A stretch of DNA of 64,000 nt. Source: Balanoglossus misakiensis. Lineage: Eukaryota > Animalia > Hemichordata. Positions within the stretch are counted from its first letter, which is position 1. Each line of letters opens with the position of its first letter. The notes beneath the pieces are model-generated. The model searched no databases and had not been told where the DNA came from. It was given only the letters and a program-made list of their open reading frames with translations. Positions 27,101-40,545 of this stretch are shown piece by piece. The stretch covers positions 714,759 to 778,758 of the forward strand of contig CM082593.2 of NCBI GenBank assembly GCA_040954595.2, read 5' to 3'. Made by a program: the position numbers and the translations under genes.

Positions 27101-30100
27101 TTGCTACATGTAAAGCCGCAGTGTCATCCAATTGAAACGGAGGTGAGCTTCGAAAATAGACAGATCAAGATGGGGTGAACTTTTTTTCACAAGAGCTGAT
27201 TTTTAATGTCAGTTTGCATTTTCTTTGCAGCCAGATCTTTGGCAGTTGTGGATGTCAGTTTCATTTGTTCCTTCTCTTGTAATGAACACACTCACCAATC
27301 AGAAAGTTAGGTGTACGAGATTGAGAGCCTTCAACTTATTAATTATTCAACACCCTCCAGAAACAATGGAGATGTAAAGTAGCCCGCAATTGTTTTCAGT
27401 TCAGTTAACTGTATACTATTCAGATAAATGACCATCGAACAATCTATGCAGTACATACATGGTGATATTTATTTGAAATCAGAAGTATTTGTTTTAATAA
27501 AATAGGTGCATTTTGGACGATGCAAAATGTACATGTATGCATATTTTGTTGGAGTGCGAATATTGGCCAATATTCAAAGTTTCATGTCTGATTAACTCCA
27601 AGGCTGCAAAGGAAGGTGAAATTTTTGTCAGCCTGTAGTTACAAGGCATCATACATAGTGCAGTGGTTCAAATGTGAAATTCTCAGGAGACCAAGGGTGA
27701 TCGAGTTTGCGACAGAAATGGCTGTTATATGCCCAGGGCATTTTTTATGTCTCATCGTTCAATGTTTCTCCCTTTATCTAATTTCTAAAGTTGCAGGTAT
27801 TCTGGTATTATGTGTTGGATCATGGAAATAAAGTGGGGCGCAGAAAGATCTCGTCCAGCCATGGCAGTGTAAGTCAAAGTTCGCTGTTTGATACAACTGT
27901 CAGCCACACACAGAACGCACAGATCCATTCCAATCTGCTGTTCATCCATCAGATAGCTTCACATATGTGTCCAATTATCGTCACTGCCAGAAAGAGATGC
28001 CATTGCATCAATCAGTGGCCGTGACACCTTAACTTGGATGTGACAGTCTGGGTCAAATGTACAAGTTCTGTTAAGGTCGACACGATCGTTAATTACCAGT
28101 AATTAATCCTGTTCATTTATTAATCAACATGTATCGCAGTCCACAGAACTTACGCGCTTGGCTATGTGGTTGTTCACTGCCTCTGTTGCTAGGTGAAGCT
28201 ATTTAAAGTTTGAGTTCTGTTTCTTCCAGAGTAAAATATTAAAATGGATCACTAATTCAAAGCTTCATTCCGTGGATGGAGAAAGTTAAGCTGAGAAGTA
28301 CGCCAAATGACTTGAAATTTTCGTAATCAAAGATTAAAACCAGTCTTCTGGGGAAAGTGCTTTTAGTCTGCAGTGAAAGTGCTACACCTGTGATTATAGG
28401 GTTGTACCTGTGAAAATATTGACTCAGAGAATGCCAATCCTACGTCTTAATTACATTATTTGATTTAAAACAACATGAAAGTTTGATTAAAAGACTGATA
28501 ATTGGATAATATTGGCATTCGAAAGGACATGCTTCGCAATTGTTTCATAGGATGACTCATTTCAGAGTGCATTTAAAAAAAACCATGAAATTTCACTCTT
28601 CGTTCTGACTGCACCTGTCGGAATCTTTGCAAAATTCACTTTCTAATAAATTTCTGAGAGTCTGAAGCTTTCTTCCGTGCAAGGAAGCCATTTCCAAACA
28701 CCTGCATTGTATAATTTGGTTCTCTTTCTTCTGAGGAAAAATATAAATTATCAGCGCGACAGTGAACGAGGCAGGGGTCCGCACGTATAATAAACAAAGT
28801 GGTGTGAGTATTTCCGAAATGATTATTGGTGTCCTGTCAGTCACAATTTCAAGTGAAGTTGACCACAAAAGGCTTTTCATTGCCCGCCAAATTTATGGAG
28901 ATTAAATTTTGCAAATTTAATGCCACGGAACAGGGTATGTTTGAATTCACATTGAGAGATAGACAATTCTGTGTGGCTGTGAATTTTGTTGCATTGAATC
29001 GAGCTTGTGACAGGCATCAGGGATTATACAGGGCTGTTCATATTTGTTCAATAAATTGCTGATAGTAGTCACAGTCGTCCATGCAGAGTTCGGATACACG
29101 TATGAATAGTCCAAGCCCACCCAAATAAATTCCCTTCCGCTTTCATTGATTAAGGTTTCAGGTATGAATTTCAACCGTAGGGCAAGTAAACACGTGGAGA
29201 AGGTTGAACGGTTCGAAGTAATCTGCCTCTAAATAGCTGTATTACTTATTCAGGTTTGACGTGGGTTTTCAATTGATTTCTGATTATCTAAACAGAACTG
29301 GTCAACACAGCCAGAGAATAAAACTTGCAGTGTAAATACAAGTGAATGCCTTATCTGCTAGATTGCACAATTTAATTGAAACAGGAAGAATTGATGATTA
29401 CCTAGGCGTATGGATGTACTATTAATTTTGGAGGGATGGATGTGTGAAATGAAGTGAGCATTGCAGCTGCAGTATATAGTGACCATTGTCAGTGGTGGCA
29501 GAAATCTGTCTGGGTCTTCTCAATTCCATTATTTCGTTTCATCACTTCTACTGCCTTGTTTTACATTTGTCCGTCAACTTCCAGCTTTATTTAGTTTCGT
29601 CACGTAAAGTACAATGTAACTTTTTTTGCGAAGTGCGATGGGAAAGACATCTCCTATGAGAGGTCTACACTTAGATTTTGACAGAGCACTAAAAACCAGA
29701 CTGATGGCATGATTCAGAACAAATCTTGAACAAAGAGAAGAACCAGACTAAATATTGACACTGCCCTCACTGGTAATAAATTTGTGTAATAAAATGAACA
29801 AAGTGCAGAGCTGAGTGTATTTGACATTCAACCCTTCATCAAATATAAATCTATGGGTAGACTTTAAAGTTGTTGATTTGTCTGTAGAAGGGCAGTGGTG
29901 ATGCTGATAGCAGTGAATTCCTAATGGACATGTGAAAACCAGGTGTGATCTGTATGTTGAAAGGGCGGTGGCCTTGATAGTCAAACAATTTCGTTAATCG
30001 AATTGAATTTTTCTGTCTTTGAAGGAAAGACTGTTGAAAATTACATGGTTTTCATAGGTGTTGTGAACTGATTGAGAATCTGTTATATCTGGATATTTCG

Positions 30101-33100
30101 TTCGCGGAGGAAGCAAAGATTAAAAGCATGGCATCAAACGTGTGCCTTTGTCCTCCCCCGGTATACATGGCAACATCTGAGAGATTCAATTTGCCAATGC
30201 TGTGTCTGCAACGAACTGGAAACACTTGTCTGAGACATGCCTTGGTGTGACATTGCTCACGCTTGTATCAAAGTTTCCATTAGCCGTGATTATACCGCTG
30301 AGATTCGCTGGGAGCTGAAAACCCCATTGTGAATGCGGGTAATTTTCCATTTAGGAAAAATACTGCATATTTGCCGCAATAAAGCTCGCCGAGCATGATC
30401 AGAGACCCAGGCTATTATTGGATAGTGTGGCAGTGGCTGATTATAAACCAGACCGTTCCTACTGTGATCGACAGACCTTTTGTGAGTTAGAAGCTAGGCT
30501 ATCAGGCATCATTATATTTACTTCATTTCATCTATGGCACAAATTGCTGCTTGTAGGGCTGGCTGGATGAATAAAGCTTTATTTCTTGGGTGTCTGTTTG
30601 GCAAACCCAGGATGAGTGTGGAGATGAGGTTGCCAGATCTGCGAAATGGCTCAATTTTGATTGACTGCAAGCTAGAGAAAACCTGTAAGGAGACTGTTTC
30701 ATCCGCAAGACATCCGCACAAAATGCATCTCTGTATCTGATTCATCCGCACAAAATGTACTTCCATGTCTGATTCAACATCGGTGATGATGACCACATCT
30801 GCAAAAAACACATCTTGACAATTTGTAACTTATTTGCTCAAAAAGACCAGGCAGTCGTCATCTATATTTAGTCACCAACCACGAATAATTGACCGTGATT
30901 GGTGCGTAAAAGTTACTGATTGTGTGTAACGGAAATTAACATGCATCGCAGTAAAATTTTCATGTTAGCTTCAAAGCTGAAATGAAACTCCAATTTTAAC
31001 TGCCTTTAATGGCACGTGGACTTTTCTGTGTGATTGGCCACAAACCATCTCTTGGCACATAAATCGCTTTATTACACAGTCATTGTGTAAGGCAGATGGA
31101 TGGTGATGATTCTTTTCAACAAATCTTAAAAAGAAAATATGAATACTATCAAAAGAAACCCACAATCATAGATTTGAAAATTCAACTTTTTATCCAGCTT
31201 AACTGATTTTCCTAGAAGACATCTGTACAAATTTCTGCCCTATTATGTCATGTCGCCGTGGAGATGGGAGTTTCTGTCAACAGTATTTTAGTGGCTCGTA
31301 ATTCCTCGTGATCCTGATTGACTCGATGTAATAACGCCCTTTCTTCCGGCAGGATTTCGTCCAAATTGGATTGCTACATGCTCTAGTCAAAGCATGAAAG
31401 AGATTTGAAAGCCGTTTCAGAAAATGATGATGGTGGTAAATCTTGCATTGTTGAGAAATCAGTTCTAGGGTTCTATTTTAGGAGACGGCTCGTAGGCATT
31501 CGAAAAACTGTCAAGGGAATCATCAATTTTTTCACAAAGAAGTAACATCTTAATGACAGATTATAGATGTCTTCATGTTGGGGCTGAGTGTACACTATAA
31601 TGGCATGGACATGAATTGTGAACCGTTACATGAATACTCAATGTTGGAGCAGGTAGCTGTGTTTTGATAAAAGTTCAAATGAGAGATGCAATTAATATGA
31701 AAGTCAGCAGTCAAGATCACTGATGCAGAATGCTTCGGTTTAGTTCAGTGATGTGTTAAAGATGACACAGATGAATTATCTGCACATTGTTCTGCCAATA
31801 AGAATTAGTCATCGCTGTGATCATCTTGAAGCATGCTATACGAGTAAACAACTCTTACAGACCTAATGTAATTAAAGTATAAGTTTGAAAACAGGAAGCT
31901 CAGGCTTTGGCTTGAACTTTTACTCATGAGGTTCATGGTATCAAAATGAGAAAATTTCTGTGAGAAACTGTCAAACAGACTGTCATTGTGGAAATAGTAG
32001 ATATTCAGAAAATATTTAAATACAAAATTGAGTTCAGTGTAGTTTGTATGGAAATTTATAATCTTTATGCAAATTACAACCCCCTGAGAGAATCTAACCT
32101 TTGGACATGATTGATACATTGGTTGATTGGCTGGTTATTTCAACCTTTGTAAATGTGTACCGAAATTTCCTAAGCAATATTACCTCTGGCCAGATTTTTA
32201 GATTACATTTTCCTGTGCTTGGTAGTTTTTGTTTGAATTAAGCCACTTTGCTTCAACACCTCATCCAAGCCATCGGTTACTATGTGGCGGCCATTTTGGA
32301 ACAGGTTTACATTTGATAACAATTCGGTTATGTAAAATTTAAACTTACAATTTATACATTGTGTTACGATGTTGCAAATTTAGACCTGTTTTCCCCCTAA
32401 ATGTCAAAAGTTGATGAATTTCATCAAACATGGCACACTTAGAGATGTGATTTTAATGTCCACAAGCCATGATTGGATAGATTCCAGGAATTGAAGTGTT
32501 ATGAGGGGAAAATCTTAAAGCAGCTCAGAGACAGATACTCTATCGATGTTTTCCAGCCAGAATATTAAAAGGGGAAAGCGAGGGAATCTTAAGACGCTTA
32601 TTACGCATACTCTTAAAAACAGGTATCAAGCAAATAGCAGAGAAGCTTACGCGATTGCTGTTCTACTTGTCTCAACGAATACATGAGGGAAATTTGCCTC
32701 AAAGCAGTCATTGCAATCGTTTTCCCTTGTGTTCAAACAGCAAAAGAACACATCGCTGTATCGATTTTGCAGTAACGTTGTGTGGATGTGGAATTTGAAA
32801 ACTTCAAAGGGATACATGCAGCCACATGGCTTCTGTCAGATAAACCATATCATACATTCTAGCATTTGTAAATTTAAAATTACACGACTGAACGTCTTTT
32901 GTCTGTCGTATCATTTAATTTTGAAAGTCACCGCTGTGCTCTGAATATATTGCGATATCTGTGGAAATGCTGATATCCAAATTGTGTTCATGAGATGAGG
33001 CTTTTCCCAAGTGAGAAAAGCTAAAGATAAAATAAAACAACTTCGTTCGGCACAACATAATCAAACCCTGTTCCAAAAAGAATTTTAAAAGATAACTGGT

Positions 33101-33354
33101 ATTCTGGGAAAACCTCATTGTACTTCACATTATCGTATGAAATGAGTATTTCCTGCTCAAGATGAATATTTTGAAGACTGCAACTTCCCCCGTACAATAG
33201 ATGATTTTGATGTTTGACATTTGATTTGCATGCTGTAAAAGATTTCCTAAGATCACTAATGTACATCAAAATTATTAACAGAAAAAGCAAATATAGGGAG
33301 CTTTATAGATTTTTTCAAAATAAAAGGATATTGATTTGTGCTGTAATAGGTATC

Positions 33355-33377
33355 GGGGGGGGGGGGGGGGGGGGGGG
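33355..33377 (+). repeat. poly-G tract (G23)
   Basis: Read directly from the sequence. Confidence 0.9.
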
Positions 33378-36300
33378 CGCGTTGAGAAGTATGCTAAGGA
33401 AATTTATTTCTGTAGCATGCGTTTATATTCTGTAATATGTCGATATATCATATTGTGTTTCCTGCTTCTGGCAAAATAAATTAGCTAAAAGGAGAGTTCC
33501 AATCCGGCAGTGAAAGTGTAGTGACCTTTTAGGTTTGTTTTGCTCTTGACCATGGCTGTTGTCTGGTACTTTGAATGTCTGAGTTTTGAATGATTTTATA
33601 GTGACAGACGCAAATGGTTTTTACTGCAGATTTTATATGTCAGGTTTTTTTCAAGGACCTTTTTATTGTGTCAAGTTGAATGGGTGACCTAGTATTTTTT
33701 TTACAGCAATATGTGTGTGAAAGTGGTCTTAATAGAATATGATGAATATTAACACACTTCTTATTGTATTCTGAACACCTAGTGTAATTTTTTTTCTGTT
33801 AGATTCCTTGGAAGAAGGGGAAAGCATATTTCAAAGTTGAAAGAAAACAGGAATTGCATTTAAGCCACTACACACAGTTCCTCACTAAATGGTCTGTGAA
33901 TCTTTTGATGAAAATTGAAGGAAAATCTTGGACTCACAGGAAACCAAGTATTGAGCATTTTGGTGTCGAACGATCAGATTTATCCTTGAGCTGAAAATTG
34001 CTCAGCAAGTGAAGGTAGTTATCTAAACACTCCATATTGATTAGAGCCTTTGAAAACGAACTAATTCAAAATATATTACGCAGCTCGGATGATGAGGGAC
34101 TTTCGCTGAAAGGCTGTTTTACAGCTGTCAATCTCCCATGCAAATTCCGATCCCCAAATTGCTTCTAAACTGTCGTACCGCAAAATGCTCAGATCCTGAT
34201 GATGTTTCTAGCCTAATGGAAAAAGTCTGTAATTTACGAGCAAAGTCCAGAATTTGGAATTTACGCGATCGTCGGAAATTGTCAGTTGGGGTAGAATGGT
34301 GTCCATTTAATTGTTGATTTGTGTAGCTGAGTAAGATGGAAAAGGTTTTAGAGAATTGTACAAAATAGAATTGTACTGTTTTATCGTTCATTTTGAAAGG
34401 ACTGATAGCTTTAAAGCTTTGATGTTATTTTTATCAGCTTTTTTCTCTTCAGAAGTGCTTGTTATCTGACGTTTTGAAAAGCCTGATAGTGTGACAGAAT
34501 CTTTGAAAGTTTTCCTATCACATGCAGCTTCCCTCCAAGATATTGCTAAAATGTTGAGGTCACCAGATAAAATGGACGAATGATGGCAACCAGCAAATTT
34601 GAAAATCGAGATGCAACATTCTATAAAAATCTCCATAGCGGTTGTAGCTGAATGCGGAGATATTTATTATATGTACACAGAGATCTTGGTAACACATATT
34701 AAGAATTTTAGCGGTGAAGAATGACTAATGTCGTACAATAGGCAGGAGTACCGGAAGGCGATACAGTCATAAATGAGTGTTGATTAATACATGCCTGTAA
34801 GAAATTAAACATAATTGCTGTGCTTTGTGTTTTGGTAAATGGGAAATAGAATCATTATCGGCACATAGCAGACTCTAATGAAATGAAAAAGTTTACGGTT
34901 TGATTATACTGGGAGCCTTTTCTCTTGAGGCATTTTCTGTAATTAAGATCTTCTCCCGGTAAAGTCAGCCTGCAGGCATGATGTAAATTGCAAACAGTGT
35001 GAGCTCAGAATAATAATTAAAGTGTTCTTGCGAGAATCTCAAATTTGTTGGTTTAATACAGCACAATATGAAAAAAAAATCTGACCAGTGTCTCGCTATA
35101 TTAGGCAACAGAAGATGGGAACAGTTCTGGGAACATGATCTTAGATTTTTTAGTGGCTCTGTTTTGAATTCACAGCATGAACCTGCAAGTAAATTACCCA
35201 AATCTGGCAAACAAATTACAAGAAATTACTGACATCCCAGGTGCCCCATTCGATTGAGAAATCAGCCCCAATAGCCAGTCAGTGCCATGAATCACAACAA
35301 ACCAATATCCTTAAGCAGAAATTTGGGAATGGATTTCTCGTCCTGGAATTGCAGGCATAAAAACTTAATGTACAGGCAACATTTGTTTCCCCACCCATAA
35401 GTAGACTTCGACAGATTTCAGAGAGATATCAGAACCCTTCGAGCTCTGTGTGTTTACATGAAATATTTCTTGATAGTATGTTTAAATTTTGTCAGATTGT
35501 TTTGCCAAATTAGGTATCGACATTAATGTTTTGTTAGATTAGATATCAGTTTGTAAAATTCTCTTTTTATGAGTAAAAATGAAACCCAGAACCATAAAAG
35601 ATGCAGCAACTAACTCTTTCTGACAACTTCAATGTTAAAAGACCGTATGCAGACCACGGCTACAACAATCACCACAGTGCAATCATCATTCTTTTCTCAA
35701 ACGATGACTGGAGGCAAATTTGCCCGACGTTCCCAGTAATCAGGCCGCATTACCACATAGATAAAGATGTCAACCAATATAAGTCCGACTTGGCATTTTG
35801 AAAATTGGCCTCAATTGGGGGTTTAAACTATTTTTCTATGCTTTATAACTACGTCTGACTGGCTATGCTCAGAAGTACTGTCTCCATGTAAGTCACAGGT
35901 GCTCATTTTAAAGATATGAGTTTCATCCCAAACCAATATTTGTTTTACTTTTAACCAATACCACCAGCATTTATGTAAGCTTGCTTTGCATAAATTTTTG
36001 ACAAATTATCTTTCAGATTTTTTCAGCCAAATAGAGAGGATTCTGCCTTTATAACCACCGCTATTATTGGGTTAATATAAGTGGGAAAGAGTATTCTTAA
36101 GACGTTCTTGACAATAATATGCATGCTGAGTGGGTAACCTCCCTCTGTAACCTTTTCATAAGATGTACAGTTACCATGGCAATGGGTAGTTTCATCAATA
36201 CACTTTTATGCACCAGCATGTCTGTGATCGTAGTGAAATTGTCGACTTGTCATTTATTGAGAACACCCTGTGTTCAGTGTTTTCCTCGGATCATACATTG

Positions 36301-37080
36301 TGTTGATGTGTTCTTGCAAACTTGGAGTGGATTTTTGTTGCCAGCAAGCCATGAATAAAAGATGAGTGATATTTGCACATATTGATACTGTCAGTTGAAT
36401 TTATGCATGTTTTATTCTCTGATCACACATGCAGTAAGGTGATATTTGAGGCGCTATTAAAAAGTATGAGCAGTTCCATTACCATGAGGATGTACAGAGT
36501 TTGTGAAACCTGTCTCAGCAACTTCAAGAACAGAAGAACTGTCCTTACTAGTGAGGTGTCCAAAACAAGAATTTTGAAAGACCGTGTACCGATTAAAAGT
36601 ACTAGAATGAAGGGTCATGCAGGGGTTATCTCTGCAAAAGTTTTTTTTAATCAGTAAAACTTTGCCTCAGTTCGATTGCGCTGTAATAGTTTTACAAAGT
36701 AGGTGGTTTAATGGCCGTAAACTGAAATATGGTTTTAATAGAGTGGAAAGTTATGTTCGAGTCTGATATGGTCTGTGCCTGCCCTGTTTGATGAAATGTG
36801 TGTTGATTTGCCAGTTTGATGTGAATGTTATGTCATCGATGAATTATGAGTGGATTTTACTTTGAGCAGCTGGTGAAAGCAATGTGTCCCTGAGCATCAA
36901 ACCAGGATGTTTTATTTCGTGTAGGGGGAAATGTTGCGTGCGCTTATCAGAGCTGTATCAATATTCCCAGCATGGATTGATTCATGATTATGAAAAAAAA
37001 GCTTGTAAAAGTATGTGATCAATCAATGGAACAAGCTTGTCAAGTGCAGAGAGGATGACAAGTCGTGTCTGGTCCTCTGT

Positions 37081-37194
37081 GGTTCATTTGCCTCTTGATT
37101 GGCTGTTAAGGGGGTCATGTTTATTCATGAAGTCATGTGGGGTTAATTGGCGCCTTGATTGGCTGTTTAGGGGGTCATGTTTATTCATGAGTCA
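37081..37194. repeat. tandem duplication with 60-bp period
   Basis: GGTTcATTtGCctCTTGATTGGCTGTTaAGGGGGTCATGTTTATTCATGA starts at 37081 and recurs with few mismatches at 37141. Confidence 0.9.
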
Positions 37195-38770
37195 GATAGC
37201 AAACTGTGATTGGATAGATTCAGGATTCATGCTTGCTTTTAGTTCAATCAGAGCATGTTAATGGCCCCAGTAATATTTGGTTGCTGTCCGAGCAAATATG
37301 TGAAGAATATCCGATACTTCACTTGTGTCGATGACGTCGGCATGTGGTGAGAGAGAGGAAAGGAATGATGGAAAAGGGAATGATATGCTTCAAGAAAACA
37401 TGCTTTGAAGGATAGAATAGTCGTTCCCTGTTCTCTGCAAAAGACAAGAGAATGCTATCAATCAAAAGAGTTGCACACATGAAGCAAAATGGAACAGTTA
37501 CCACTAGCTGAAGGAAATTCAGAGTGAGATCTCAGGGTTGAATCAACGAAAAAAATTCAGAAGTGCTAACAGATTGCATAGTGTTTTATTTTGCAAATCT
37601 CTAATTGCTACTTCAGAGACATTTTAAAATTCCAAAATTACCATGCCTCTGCTCAGTTCCTGTTATATTTATCAGAAGTTGATCTTCAGATTCGAGTATG
37701 AAGATACTTCATTTCTATTAACTTAATAAACAGAAGAGTTGTTGGTTGAAACGCTTCAGTGATCTAAAATACACATGATTGTATCTCATCAGCTTTAATT
37801 CTACTTGAAACAGTGGCCCCCAAAATAAAATTAACATCGTGAAACGTGAAAACTAAGGTTTTGGAAGTTGACCTTATTTCACAACTTCATACAAGAGTTG
37901 TAAAAAGAATCTAATTTTCCGTGTCATAAACCGCGTTCTACTGACACAGCCGGTTAATTCCCTACAGCTTGCCGTATTTTGTTCCCATAATTCATGTCCA
38001 AGTGGTTCCGTGTTGTATATCTCATGTGACAAACGAGTGAGCTATAGGTTGTAATTAATTGATAATTATGCATGGTTGAATTTTGACACATAGAAGTGTT
38101 GGCAGTTTTACAACGCACCTGGCTTTCAAGGAGGTGTTTTTCAATTCATGACTTGCTATCAATTTTCTGACTCATCTCATACTTCACATCCTTCCTCTCT
38201 GAGTATCTAAAAGACTACACTCGCTGTTTAAAGGCCCTTTTCTCGATCCCAGGGCAGAACAATGAAAGCAAACAAAAAAGCGATACACGTCTGATTATAC
38301 TTGTGTGGTTGCACAATTTTGTTTTGAAGATATTCCATTTTTCAAATCCCAACCTTTTTATCATTTCATGTCAAGATTCTCATCAAAGTAGAACACAGCA
38401 GTGATAAATGAAAACCCATTATGTCAAATGAAGATATAAATTATTCATCGCAAACCTGCCTTTAATTTCAGTTTAATGAGAATGAAATGTTCCTTGTGAT
38501 TAAATAAATCCTGACCAATGACTCCAAAATGTGACTAAGAATTTTTTCCCAAATTTATATAGATCAAGTTACATTTGATGGATATGATCGTAATTATAAT
38601 GATCGATCGTTGATCTCGAAATGCAATTTTCTTGGTATGGAAACAGCACTATTTCATATTTCATATTTTAATGGCTTTTTTTTCTGGGAGACAAATTCCT
38701 CTTTCTTGCAGACAGGTTTGAAGGATAACACCTTGGAAATTGAAATCCTAATCTGTTGGTTGATCTCTGT

Positions 38771-38790
38771 GGGGGGGGGGGGGGGGGGGG
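38771..38790 (+). repeat. poly-G tract (G20)
   Basis: Read directly from the sequence. Confidence 0.9.
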
Positions 38791-40281
38791 TGATGTATTC
38801 CTGGCAAATCCTTAATGGAAAGAGGGAAAAATCTGTGGAAAAACAGGAAGCCAAAGTAGCCAGCCAGGTGTTCATTAAATTTGGATATTCTGCAAAGTTG
38901 TGCTTTTATCTGCTAATGGACAGAAGACTCTGTCATTTGGAAACCATAGCGGGTTTTAAGAAGGGGATGTTGTGACGATGTTGTTAGAGATAAAGTTTTT
39001 ATCCTTCTTTGCCGAATGTCTGGAAGCAATTGCGGAATATTCAGTTGAAGGTCAGAAAGAGAAGGCTGTGTGTTGAGTCACTCTTTAACCTTTTCTTGAA
39101 AACAGCGCTACCTTTCACAGTCTGCATTTAACAACTTCTTCCTCCAAGGATTTTTACTGCCACTAAAGCGATACACCTGTATCACAGTCTCTAAAGTAGA
39201 CTTCTGCCAGAAGCTTCTCAAAATTTTATTACGAAAATTACACGTACCAGAACCGAAGTTCATTTGGAAAATTGTGCACTTTTATACAACTTTTATCTAA
39301 CTGCCAAAGGGGTATGTGAAAATGTCAGAGAAATGAATTAATAACAAAGTGATTTTACAGCACACAGTAACAGCCAACTAAAAATGTAGTCACTGATTAC
39401 CATGGATACCAAGATCTCAGCCAATGACAGGTTTTCATTTGAGAATATACTCCTTGGGAATCTGTAAAACTGTCTAATTTTCTAAATAATTTTTATCATT
39501 TCAAATGTCTCTTTCATATGTTAAATGAAATCCTTATGGAATTATTTTTTTAGAAAAAGATTATAAATAGTGTACTGTTATGGATCAAAATTATGAAATA
39601 ATAATGGAAAATATTCATAGTGCACCAGAAACTCAGAATTTGAAGATAATCAGTGTGTCAGAATAGAATTTGTCATGAATGTGTCACGTTGCCATGAATA
39701 CATGACAGATAAATTTGTGTTGGATGGCACTGGGATTGAGAGGAGACGACTAGCTTCAACAGGGATTACAAGGCAGCTTAGGCAAATACCGGGATTGGAA
39801 ATTCCATGGTGGTTTCACTGCACGGTGATCAGTACACGAATGTGGTTACTGCATACAAATGGGGTTTTCTGTTCTGACTTCTGTGGGCAGAGTATTTGTG
39901 GCATTGCTCTCATGTTTGGAATTTCAAACGCGGCTGCTGAAATGATGTATTATCTGGTGATCGTCAAAAATCAATTATTTCATCAGCCGTTCAATAAATT
40001 TGAAGTTTCACATCTCGAGTGCTTTCTGAGTAACATTGTGGACTAGAAATAGAGTGATGTTAGAGTGATAGAAATGGTTCTGAATGAATTTCGAAGCAAT
40101 CTTTGCTTTGTCTGTTCCACTCAGAGAAATTGGCACATACTAGCAGTAAAGAAACAATATAAATATAGCCATGTTATTCATAGACACATTAAAATTTCAC
40201 AGGTGGCTGTATACTATCAAGATATTTATATAAAAATATATGAATGTGAATTTTAGATTCTGTAGATATTAGTTTTATGCT

Positions 40282-40545
40282 TTAAGGCTGTAACCACTTG
40301 AAAATATGGATATAAAAACTTTCATGTGTATTTGCTCTGGAAGCAGGGAGTGGATCCCTGTGATGATATTGGCTCTTTCAATCGTTCTGAGAAAAATCTT
40401 TGATATATGTTTCATGTATTAAGGTTATACCCACTTAAAAATTCAGATATAAACTTTTACAGGTATTTTTGCCGCAGGAAATGGGCCCACCCGTGTGAAA
40501 TCCACAATGACTGTCAACCTCTGTGAGAAACATTTCATCTTGCAA
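40282..40545. repeat. degenerate tandem duplication, ~137-bp period
   Basis: TTAAGGCTGTAACCACTTGAAAATATGGATATAAAAACTTT at 40282 versus TTAAGGTTATACCCACTTAAAAATTCAGATATAAACTTT at 40419. TCAA..TGAGAAA recurs at a similar offset. Confidence 0.6.

Noticed and set aside
33214-38975. ORFs with poly-Gly or poly-Pro runs (33214..33435, 38610..38975, 38654..38875)
   Set aside because: Artefacts of the poly-G tracts.
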